DNA of 64,000 nucleotides from Camelus dromedarius. Lineage: Eukaryota. A program made the translations under genes and the position numbers. Position 1 is the stretch's first letter, and each line of letters opens with the position of its first letter. This document shows positions 41,630 through 53,649 of the stretch, in pieces. The notes under the pieces were generated by a model. The model saw only the letters and a program-made list of their open reading frames with translations, had not been told where the DNA came from and searched no databases. Where the stretch lies: positions 89,344,001 to 89,408,000 of the forward strand of contig NC_087436.1 in NCBI RefSeq assembly GCF_036321535.1, in the 5' to 3' direction.

Positions 41630-42665
41630 ATTCAGTCAGTACAATTCGATAAATGTCATTAGGCACACGTTAGGCGGGAGGCCCTCAGCTAGGCGTTTGT
41701 TTGTTCATTTGTTAAATAGTGTATACTAAATCTTTACTATGTTCTAGGTGCTCTGGGACTTAGAGATGACTTAAAGAGGGTTCTAGGCCTAGAGAAATTC
41801 ACAGGCTAATAGGGGAGACAGACACAAATATAAGTAAATTCAGTATATCTCTAGATAGTTGATATAGTGACAGGAGTGTTGTTAATTCTACCAGAGAGAG
41901 GTAGATATGGTTTCCAAAGGAGAGCTTTTTGCAGAGCAGGGAGGGAGGGACGTTCCAGGAAGAGAAAACAACATGTGCCAATTGACTTGATAGAGATGTT
42001 GACAAACTATGAGACCAAAAGGCCTATGGTCTGCTTAGACAGCTGAACCCTGAAATGATAGCAGAATATAAAAGGGGTGGAGGTAGAGATGGGGGGGTGA
42101 TGAGAGTGCAGGGAAGCTGAGGCCAGACTATAAGGAAAGTGACATACTCCACCACACAGATGTAAGCTTCTGGAAATCACTGACAGTTTCATGTAGGGAT
42201 CGTTGGGGTCAGCTTTAGGTTTTAAAAAACATTCTGGTAGAGTAATCATGATAAGAATGATTAACATTTATCAGTGTAGGGTGTTTGCCAGTTATTGTGC
42301 ACATTACATAGATAATCTCATTTAAACCTTATAGCCATCCAAATGTGGAAGATATTATTATTATTATTATTATTTTATAGATGATGATACTGAGAACAAA
42401 TCAAGGTAATGTAATTAGTTTAATATCAAACAGCTAATAAATGGTGGAATGAGCATTTTAACCCAGAATCTATGGACCTATCTACTCTATGCTGTGAAGC
42501 AGAGACCCCAAGAGGAGGAACCAGAGACAGTGAAAATGACAAACATGAAGAAGGGTTATTACAATTCCCCAAGAAAAAGGAACTAAAGTCAATAGCGTTT
42601 AGCATGGAGAGGAGGTGATAGACTAGTGCAAGGTTTCAGAAGTATAATGGAGACATCAAAGAGTT
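41630..42665 (-). mobile_element. L2 fragments with a nested MIR (about 42250-42495)
   Basis: L2 3' end motifs at 41630-41760; MIR core tattttatagatgatgatactgag. Confidence 0.7.
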
Positions 42666-44346
42666 GAAAAGGTCAGGACGTGGAGACTTTTGAAAGGTGC
42701 TTAAAGAATTGTACAAACACTTGCACATGTGTAGATCTTGACATTCTACATATACATTAATTTCATTTTCTCATTGGAGCCTCACAACAACCTTAAACAT
42801 TGTGGCCATTTCTTCTTGGGCCTATGTTAACTCAATCAGGTTTCTTAATTTTCTTAAAAGTATGTCAGGTCTACCTCTTTTTAATTCATACTGATCTCCT
42901 CTTAAGGAGTAAAAGAGATTTATTTATGCTTCAGGTCTTTGCTGAAGCACAGTACCTCTCTATGCTCCACAGCTCTTTGCTAAAGTTACACTGGAGAGAA
43001 TGAAATACATAGAGGTTTACTTCATTCACTAGTTCACTCATTTATTTTTCAAATATTTATTGGACGTTTACTAAGTGTCAGATACTATGCTAACAGTTGG
43101 CGATACAACAGTGGAAAGAAAAAAACAGAATAGAGAGCCCCTTCCACATGCAATTTGTCAGCTGGTCCATCCGTTGGAGGTTGCAAATCATCACCCTTGG
43201 TAAATAAATTCAAGTCATAAAAGATGTATCTGTTTTGGTGTTTACTATGTTTGTTTAATCTATATAGCCTTTATTGGGATATATGTTTTCCAGTTGATCA
43301 TAATTCTTTTTGAATAACAACCAGGATTTTATTCAACAGTGCTTGCCAATGAGTCAAGATTTTATTCCAGAATTAAGGCTATTGGTGACTTTGTATACTT
43401 GAATCCTAATGTTTAGCACGCCTCAGTTGGGATCAGTTTTACTCAATGTGGCTTTTAAATTATGCCCTCCACTTACGTGGAAGGGTACTACAAGAAGTCA
43501 TATTTATGATCACATCTATTATTAGGATGCTGTTGAGGATGGAGCCAATGTATCACTCAGTATCTGATGTGTGAAGACCTTTGGGAGAAAAAAATTCCCA
43601 GATCCTAGTGCTCTGAAAAGTATTTCATTTCCTGAAAGCTTGTATCTTATGGGCAATAGAGATCCTAAAATTCATTCACTTCCTTATTTGCTTTAGCCAC
43701 AAGGAATCAAAGAATTATAGGTACAATTCAGCTTTAATCATTATTTAAGATCTTAATGATCAGCATTTTGATGTATTGCATTTCTCTCTGATGCCTTAGA
43801 ATTTTAAATTTAATTTTCTTCTGTCACTAATTTAGAAACAGATATGTTGCACAAAATATATACAGTGCGTAAGCTGTCTTGAATAATTTTTGGAGTTAAT
43901 TGGGAAAAATAAATTCAAAATAATACAGAGAAATAACTAAATAATAGAAAGAATTTTAAACATCACAGCTCCAGAAACAGTAAGAGATTTGTTATGCCTT
44001 GAAAAAGCCAATGGTTACTTCCTCTGTAAAGTTGCTCATTTTTTCCCCAATCAGTCCTCTTAAATAAGATCTTCCCTCCTTGAAGAATCAACTCAATTTC
44101 CCTTTTTTTTTTTTTTTTTTTTTGTGAAAGTTGCTCCTGAGAGCCATTGGTCATCCTCTCATCCTCTCCTGACAACTCTTAGGGGAACAAAAAATTTTCA
44201 TCTAACTAGGATGGAAGTGTCTCAAGATCAAGAAAACTTACACATATTCTAAGTGAACATGATTATTGATAAGAATTTAGAGTAAGCAGCCTTGAATTGC
44301 TACTTTGAATTGGAATCAAACTTGAAAATGATGGATGGTTTTACCA

Positions 44347-44633
44347 CCTCTTCCTGGTCCCAACTTTAAAACATCTGAAAATCTGTTGTCACCACATTTA
44401 GCCAACAGCCTCCAATTAATCAGCATTAACCTTTCTAGTGAATCTTCTTCATCACCTTTCATCAGCCTCAACTCCACAGTTTGTTTGAACTAGGATTTTT
44501 GTTTGCCTGGTCGTTTCTTTTGGATGTGCCGAATTGTGTGTGTGTGTGTGCGCACGTGCGCAAGCGTGGACGCACACGCTGGGGGTAGGGGTGGGCAGTG
44601 AGGTGGTGATGTCAGTGGAAGGAATCTCTTATC
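44347..44633 (+). repeat. Copy B of the ~295-bp dispersed direct duplication
   Basis: Aligns end to end with 29264-29557. Confidence 0.95.
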
Positions 44634-45499
44634 ACTTTCAAATTAGTTCTGCTCATTCATTTATTCTTGTAAATACTGAGTCCAAGCTAAAGCTGTTTAT
44701 TAAAAAGTGATTTCAGAGATGCTGTGTAGCTTTAATGCACACAGCACACTTTAAAGGGAGGACTAGTGGAGATTTTGTTTAAAAATACATATTTTCATGT
44801 ATTGTTTAAGAATATAACTAAAGTCCACTTCCATTCAGTCTTACTTCAATCAGATTTATTTAGCACCTGTTTTGTGCCCAGCAAGTATGAGACTCTGCAA
44901 TCATAGTTAACCCATTATTACCTGTCGTCCAGTTGGCTTAAAGTCTTACTTAAATGGATATGTTAGGTTGGATATATGAGGAAGAAAGTTTATAATAATT
45001 GTTGAGAAGTACTCCTAAGCAGCTGCCTTCCCATAAGTGAGGACAAAATAAATGCTCACCCTAACTCTATCCTCCATTCCCCAGAAACTGACCTCAGTAT
45101 AAAAAAAAAAACTAAACACATAGTAAAATTAATGTTTCCAACTAGTGGATAAATAACAGCCTCTCCAATAAATAGTAGGGAAATTCTATCTTTGGAAAAC
45201 AATAAATATAAGCACTTCCTTGTACTTCTTGCTAAAATAAGTTTCAGTTGAGTTAAAGAGTTAAATGTAAAAAAAAAATCATAAAAATAATAAGTACCTA
45301 TAATATAATCACTCATCACTTAATAAATGATTATTGAACATCTTTTCTCTTGAATGTATGCTGATCAAAGCAGAAAAATTAATAGAAAATGTTATTAGAG
45401 ATGAATATATAATTTTAAAGTTATTTTTAAACATACACTTGAAAAGTAATTAATTACAATATTTAAGAGGTACTTTCATTAAAGTAGGAATATTTTACA

Positions 45500-47290
45500 T
45501 AATATTTCAGGTAGGATACTGCAATGAGACAACACAATTTTTTTTTAAAGATTAGAAAAGGAAGAAACTAAACCTTCCTTATTTCCACATGGTAAATTTG
45601 TCTAGAGAAAAAATCCAATAAAGTCTCCAAACATATAAGAATATAATGAGAGTTAAACAAGCCCTTCAACTTCAAGATCAAATAACATTTAATACTTGTT
45701 AGTAGTATTCTTATACACAGCAGTTACAAACAAAAACATAATAGGAAACCTTACTCCATTACAATAATAACAAAAATTCTAATGTATAACCAAATAAAGA
45801 GCATAAAACTATTCCTCTATTTTAGATGAGTGGGAAAAGGTGAGCTACTCAATAAATGCTGTGGAGACAATTTATTATCCAAAGGGAAAAAAAGTAGTTC
45901 TTTACCTCATTACATGCACAAAAATGTATTACAGGTGGACAAATAACTCAAATATAAAACCAAAAGTTCCTAACTTTAGAAAAACTTCATAGGAAATACA
46001 TTTATGATTTGGGTGTAGGAGAAGATTTAAAGATAAACAAGAGTATAAACTATACAGAGAAAGATTAATAGTGATAACTAACTAAAAATGTAAACTTTAA
46101 ATTCAAAGACCCTATTAATACAGTGAAAAGGCAAGTCACACACTGAAAGAATGTGTTTTCAGCAAATTTAACAGCAAAAGATTAGTGTGAAGAGTTTATC
46201 AAAAAAAAAACCTACAAGTAAATAAGGAAGAAAGAAAAAAGGGCAAAGAGCCACCCCAAATGAGAAATTGCAAATTGAATCAATGATATACTGTTTCAAA
46301 TCTGTCAGATATGAAAAATTTAAGAATGTCAAATACTGGTTAGAGACTCTCATATATGTTCTTATATAGGCATATAAATGGACCTGAACACTTTGTAAAG
46401 AAGTTTGCACATATCTGGTAAAGTCAAAGATGCATGTGCCATTTGGCCCAGAATTTCCACCTCAAGGAACATACCCTAGAGATGTACTCATGCAGTCTAA
46501 GAATGTTCATTGCAGTGTTGCTTTTAATAATGTAAAATTTGCAGCAACTTAAATGTTTATCTATTGGGAATAAACAAATACAAATATAGTCACACAATGG
46601 AATACAATACTCAAAATTTATAAATATCTACATGCTTTCACACAAATAAATCCCAATATAAAATATTAAGCCAAAACAAAAAGAGCTAAATGTGATAACA
46701 TTACAATTAAAAATATTTAAGTTCAAAATTCAGAATATATTATTTTAGCTCGATATTGTAAAAATAGACAATAATAATAATATGAAGGGTACTAGATTTC
46801 AGGATATAAAACAGGCTTCAACTGAATCTGTAATACCTTATCCAAGAAAAAAAGTCTCAAACAAATTAATCAAAACTTGTTATATGGATGTTCAATATTC
46901 TTCTATTTATTTCTAGGTATTTGAAATATTTTATAAAAACTAATTAAAACGGTAGGTGACAAACAGGAAGATATATTTGCAATTTATATTTTTAAGTGTT
47001 GATATATACCAGTAAGAGAAATAAAGAAACCCAATAAGTAAATGAGCAAATGATTGTAAAGTTATCAAAAGTTATATGAAAAAATTTCAACCTCAGTAGT
47101 AATCAAATTTGAAAAAATATGGAGTACCACTTTTCTTCACTAGTTTGTTATTTTAAAAAGCTTTAACCTCAAGTATCATGAATGCTATGGAGAAATATAA
47201 TTTCATATACTTTGGGGGCAGGCTACATTACCACAATCTATCTTAAGGATAGTTTGTAATACTAACAACCATACAACGTGCTCTTTTCTG
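45500..47290 (+). mobile_element. Ancient L1M ORF2/3' fragments
   Basis: A-rich, with ctcaataaatgctgtggagacaatt, gaatgttcattgcagtgttg and cacacaatggaatac motifs. Confidence 0.75.
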
Positions 47291-47394
47291 AATCTATCTG
47301 TGGGATCTGCACTGTTTAATACATCAGGTTTTCTGTTTTAACCTAACGTCATACACATACATCACATTTGATTATAATATATATGATAATGATT

Positions 47395-47625
47395 TCAAAT
47401 TAATATACATTGTAAAATGCTTACCACAACCAAGTTAATACATCCATCACCTCACATAGATACCTTCTTGTGTGTGTGTTATGAGAACACTTAATATTTG
47501 CTCTTTTAGCAGATTTCAAGAATACAATACAATTATTATTAACTATAATCACCATGCTATACATCAGATCTTCAGAACTTGCTCATCTTACAACTGGTCA
47601 AAAGGTACAAAATTTCACTTATAAT
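47395..47625 (-). mobile_element. L1MA-like 3' end
   Basis: catccatcacctcacatag...gagaacacttaa...caatacaattattattaactataatcaccatgct. Confidence 0.8.
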
Positions 47626-49939
47626 ATGATCTATTTTATCACTAGTAGCCGCACTATTATCAAAATATATATCCTTTATTATGCTTTCACACTTTATTTT
47701 GTAGATTAAGTACTGTATTAATTTATTAAGATTATAAAATCTTGTGTAACTTTGATATTACAGTAAATCTACTAATTAATTAAGTAGTATTTTTATCTGT
47801 GTTAATGGAAATAGACTCATTTCTTTTTTTATGTCAATTTATTCTCTAAAAGTTTATTATTTTCTTAGAAAAAATGTCTTGCATTTCAGGCTACATTAAA
47901 AGATTTTTTTTAGCTGCTAATATAAAAAAAGTCTTTTTTTTCACTTTGTATTTTATTTTTTAGCTCTTCTTATTCATATATTGTGATGTGGACTTTTGAG
48001 GATAAAACATATTGTGTAACATAGGAAAGTATATTTTCACCTCTTCTTATTTTTATTTTTTAATGGTCATGCTATAATTTTATAAATTACATAGTTGTAA
48101 ATAAATTCATACTTTATTCTTTTCCTATATGTATACTTCTTTTGGGTTTCTTCTCAAATTACTATTTCCAATATTTCTATCATTTCCAGTATATGGAGTG
48201 ATTATACAGATATTCTTTTCTTGTTTTAAGGCAAATTCTACCCAAATAAATATATAATTTCTTATTTAAAAATATACTAGTAGAGATATTCCAAGTTATT
48301 ACTTTTATTAAAAATACTGATTTATATGCTTTAGTAAGCATAGTTAACATCAAAATGTTAACTATCTTATTATTTACCAATATTATGTTAAACACTTGAC
48401 AGTTTTAGTGCTTATCATCCCTTACAAGGTAGTGATACTATTATTAGTTCTGTTTTACAGATGAAATAGCAGAGACAGAAATTTCATTAATATATCCAAG
48501 GTCAAACAATTAAATGATGGAGATAGAATTCAAATTTAGATAGTCTAATGATGATCTATACTCTTCACCAGTGCAACGTTAATTATGAAAAAATGTTGCC
48601 ACCATAAAATACTTTTTTAACCTCTATTGAGATAATTACATGATTTTTGCAAATTCTTCTATGTAATTAAATGCATTTAGAGTTTATCCTATGTTATGAG
48701 TGATTTATATTTTTAGAAGAAGCCAGAATTAGAGATTTTTTTTTTCTTTAAGCACAACAGACTTATGTTCCCCAAGTGGAATCTTGATAAGAGTCACTCT
48801 GAAAACTGGAAGTGCTTACTGCGTTATGACTTCTGGTTGACCAATGTGGATCTGTGGGCAAAAGAAAATCTAAGAGAATGACTATTAAGGTTGTTACCAG
48901 GGAGATATTGCTTTAGACTGTCATTGAAAAGTGTTGCCATTCATATCTGTGTTAATGTGTAGAGATTTTACTGTTATTTTTTTTAGTAGGAACTATTTAT
49001 ACTTTTCATCTTATTTACTTCAAAGACTGAATTTTTAGTGCCTGGGATTAACTGAAGGAAAAGTGTTATGAATAGCCAGGTGATTATCCAGATGAACTGT
49101 TTTCTATTTAAACATATAGCCTTAGGGCTCCTTCATTTATTCAAAAATATTTTTAGAATTATACAACAATGAAAGATGAAAACTAATAGGGTAAACACAC
49201 AAATTACCAGTGTAAAACACAAAGAAAAGCTAGAAATGAAAAGAGGGCATTCCATATGATCCTGGAGTGTCAGGGAAGACACCTCAAAAGATTGAGACTT
49301 TCTGCTAGACCTTAACATCACGGAGTTAAGCACTTGGGAGAAGCTGCAGTTGGAAACCATAAGCAAAGGCTTTGCCTTACACAGTTGATGGCAGTAAAGG
49401 AGCTGGCAGCGTTTCAGGGAGAATGAAACACCAGTTGCAGTGAGAAAAGTGAAGTGATGGGAGGAAGAACTAAGGAAAGGAGGAGGAAGAAGAACGAGAC
49501 TACAAAGAGAAAAATGAAACTATTTTTTTCTGCCCCATACTAAATACATACTCACCATTACTGCATGGAGATCAGAACATTGCTAACCTATCATTTTTAC
49601 TTTGTTGTCATCAAAATTCTTCCAATTATTTTAAGAGGAATTGGAAAGAAAACTTGGAAAACCTAGACATATGGACTGATCGTGGAATGATACAGTGACA
49701 GTGTGATTTGTTAATTAAATAATTACTCATTTTCTGAGTAAAGAAACCAGGTTTACAAAACTGCCCTCCCTCTTGCAGATAAAGTCTAAATCATCCAACA
49801 TTTTAAGCAACAGAATGTTTTCTTCAGTCACTTCTACTTTATGCTAAGGCTGAACAAATATGAGGTGGACTGTGGCTGTAATTAGAAATGTATTAACCAT
49901 AGACATGGATTCGTTCTAACTTGGGTTTAAGAAATGAGA

Positions 49940-50900
49940 TACTGTGAATATGGACCCGCATGTATAAATATGGACAGGTAATCAAAGATCAGTGAATCTT
50001 TAAGGAATATCAACAACATGAAGGAAAAGGAATAAATTCCACAAGCAGAAAACTAAATCCTTGTGGGAAGAAAGACAACTTTAAAGCAAATATAATAGCT
50101 CGAGAAATATTTAAGTGATTAGAGAAAACTCAAGAAAAAGAATAAACTATTAGGCAAAAATAAAAGTCAATAATAACAAAAAAAACTGGGGCTCTAGGAA
50201 TTTGAAATGTAATTACAAACTTTAAAAGAAAATTTGATAGATGAATGACACAATTGAAGATTTTATTAGTGAACCAGATAATATAGTCAAGTAATTATCA
50301 AGATTACATTGCAAAAGACAGAATAAAGAGTCATCGAAAAGAGATACAGAAATTACATAAGGAAAGAATACAGGAAAATGAGAGGAGCAAATAATGAAAG
50401 AAATAGCAATGTCCCAGAAGTTTCAAAAGTTATTAGTTGTATAATTGAATGAGCTCACTGAATGTTAAACAGCACTAATTAGTCATATTCTTGTGAATTT
50501 TCAGAACACCTTGGATAAATCAAAAATTCTCTTGAGAAAAAGAAATCATATTATTTTCATAGAAAAGAGAATAATCTGTCATTCTTATCAGCAAATTTAG
50601 TACCAGAAATTCATTTTTTAACAAGAGGAAAACCAACAGATGTTTATTACCCTATGCATCAGAAATTATCTACAAATGATTAGTACCAGAAATCAATGAA
50701 GCAAGATTTTAAAAACTGAGTGAAAATGACTTTTAAGTGCTAATTCTGTACTCTCACAAACTAGCATTCAGTTGTGTTGAAAATATAAAGTCATTTGTAG
50801 ACATAAAACGATTGAGAAAGGTTTGCCCCCTACAAATTCTTTCAGCAAGAATTACCTAAGGCTTACTACAGCAAAACAAAACTTCAATACAAGAAAAAGG
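49940..50900 (+). mobile_element. Ancient L1 ORF1-like (or HAL1) fragment
   Basis: A-rich, with catattcttgtgaattttcagaacac and gctaattctgtactctcacaaactagcattca motifs. Confidence 0.6.
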
Positions 50901-51164
50901 AAATTAAGACACAAAATTTAAGTGATATGCAAATAAACCAGTAAAACAAATTATTCTCTAACTTTTAGGTGCAATGAAGTGGAAAGCAATTGTTAAGAAA
51001 TTATTCTGAGACTATAGCAAAGGTACAGAAATTAACTATTTCTGAGTTAGAGTAGGTACCATGACAGGTACCATGATATTGACTGGCTGTGATGAAATGG
51101 GGAGGAGCAGATATTTTGAATAAGCAATACTTCTTATAAAATTATAAATTAAAAACAAGTTATA

Positions 51165-51410
51165 ATTTATTTAGTACTTACTATGTGTCAAGCACTGTTA
51201 TACGTCTTTTTTTTCACATATTTAGTCATTTATACCTAATATCTTTAAACTCTGGTAATATTGTCTTCATTTTTCAGGTTTTTTGAAAGGAAGAACAGAT
51301 GGGAAAAGCAACTTGCAGTCGGTCACCCAACTTAAATATGACAGACCCAGGGTTCAAACTCAGAAAATCAAAATCCAAAGCCAGTATTATTAATCACCAT
51401 GCTACAGTAC
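51165..51410 (-). mobile_element. MIR
   Basis: atttattagtacttactatgtgtcaagcactgtt...cagggttcaaactcag. Confidence 0.8.
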
Positions 51411-52464
51411 TTCTGATGGAGAAAAGTTGGAGCACAGAGAGTGAAATATCCAAGTGTTGATGAACAAATAATGAAAAATCCCCCCAGAAGACAAGCAGTG
51501 ACTGAGGTAGCGGTTGACTAGTAATAAGGATGGGACACTTGAAATAAGACCACACATGATTGAAGATCTACACACCTGTAGAGGAACTGAAATTACAACC
51601 AGATTTGTGGGCTGCCATGAATGCCTTCCATTTCCAACTTCATCATGATATCTGCTATTTCTAGTGGTTCAGCATTTCCTCTGTCCCCACATGGCCCAGT
51701 GTTGTGGCTGAGATGTTTGTGTTCATCCCTATGATGTTCATTCTTATAATAAAACCATGAAATCAAAGCTCTGTGAGGAAAAAAAAACCTTTCTTTAATT
51801 CACCAATGCATATCCCCTATCTAGAATTTTGTCTGGCACAAAATAGCTATGCAATGACTATTTATTGAATGAATGGATAAATAAAGAAATTCAACAATGT
51901 TTATTGAATGTCGAAGATGAGCTAAGCACTATTCTAAATGCTGAGTACACAGCTCTGAACTTAACAGATAAAAATACACCATTGTCATCATGGAGTTTAT
52001 ATTCCGCTAAGGGAAATGGAACATAAGAAAGGTAAAAATGTAAAGTATACTGTATATTTAGACTGTTACAGGGGAAAAATAGTAAACCAGGGCATGAAAA
52101 TCTGGGAAGGGATGTGTTTGCTGAAACTTTAGAAATGGGTCAAGGAAGAACTGATTGAAAAGGTGACATTTGAATAAAGACCTACAGGTAGTGATGGAGT
52201 GAGCCATGTACACCTAGTGAGGGAAAACATTTCCAACAGAGAATAGCAAGGGTAAGGAGACAAGTGACAACATGCCTGGTGTGTTTAAGGAGGCCACGCA
52301 GCTAGAGCAGAGTGACAGGCAGAATAAGCAACAGGGGATGAGTTAGAGAGTTGCAGGATATATTCTGAGTAAGGTGGAAGGCCAGAGGAAGACTCTGATA
52401 TGAAGAATAACATATCTGACTTGTTTGTGTGTGTATGTGAAAACAATCAATTTTAATATTTTTT

Positions 52465-52845
52465 CTTTTTTGAAAATTGAAATATAGTCAGTTTACAATG
52501 TTGTGTCAATTTCTGATGTACAGCACATTTCAGTCATACATATACATACATATATTCGTTTTCATATTCTTTTTCATTATAGGTTACCACAAGGTATTGA
52601 ATATAGTTCCCTGTGCTATCCAGTAGGATCTTGTTGTTTATCTATTTTATATATAGAAGTTTGTATCTGCTAGTCCCAAACTCATAATTTATTCCTCCCC
52701 TACCAACTTTCCCTCTGTAACCATAAGTTTGTTTTCTATGTCTATGAGTCTGTTTCTGTTTTGTAAATAAGTTCATTTGTGTCTTTTTTTTTAAGATTCC
52801 ACATATAAGTGATATCATATAGTATTTTTCTTTCTCTTTCTTTCT
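52465..52845 (-). mobile_element. Artiodactyl-type L1 3' end
   Basis: attgaaatatagtcagtttacaatgttgtgtcaatttctgatgtacagca...agattccacatataagtgatatcat. Confidence 0.9.
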
Positions 52846-53275
52846 TTCTTTTTTTTTTTTTTTTAAACAAAATCACTCTAGCTACTCTAGAATGCAGACT
52901 GCTGGAGGGCAAGATGGAAAGAGTTATGTCACTAATTCAGGTGGAAAAATTATGATAGTAGTGGTGGGGATGAGAAGGGAAGTCATGTTCCGGATATATT
53001 TTGACGCTGGAGTCAACAGGGATTTCTGACCGATTGGATATGGGGTGTGAGGGAAAGAGAGGAATTGAGGATGACCAAAATCTCTGAGCTGAACAGATGA
53101 AAGAGTTGTCATTGTCTGGGCTGAGGAGGATGTCGAGGAAGAGCTGGGGAAAGGGAGTTTGGGTCATAAGTCAGTTTGGGACAGGCTAAATTGGATGTAT
53201 TTGGATAGTGTCATGTCAACAAAGAAATCTTGCTGGAGATATAAAGTTGAAAGCCATCAACATGTAGATGGTATT

Positions 53276-53649
53276 TGTTACGGACTTAATTGTGTGTTCC
53301 AACATTTTTGTGTTGAAGCCCTGCCCTCGACTTGACTGTACTTGGAGACTGACCCAATACTCTAAAGCGTTAACTAAGATTAAATAAGGTTATAAGAGGG
53401 AGTCCTAACCCAATAAGACTGGTGTCCTTATGAGAGGAAGAAGAGACATCAGGAGTTCACACACACAAAGGCCAGTTGAGGACACAGCAAGAAGCCGAGG
53501 AGAGAGACTTCAGGAGAACCAAACTTGCAAACACCTTGATCTTGATCTCCTTGATCTCCAGCCTCCAGAACCATGAGAAAGTAAACTCCTGTTGTTTAAG
53601 GCACCCCGTCTGTCATATTTTGTTAAGGCAATCTTAGCAAATTAACACA
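53276..53649 (+). mobile_element. MaLR solo LTR (MLT1A/B-like)
   Basis: TG...CA ends, 5-bp TSD gtatt/gcatt, gactggtgtccttat and ccagcctccagaaccatgaga motifs. Confidence 0.9.
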
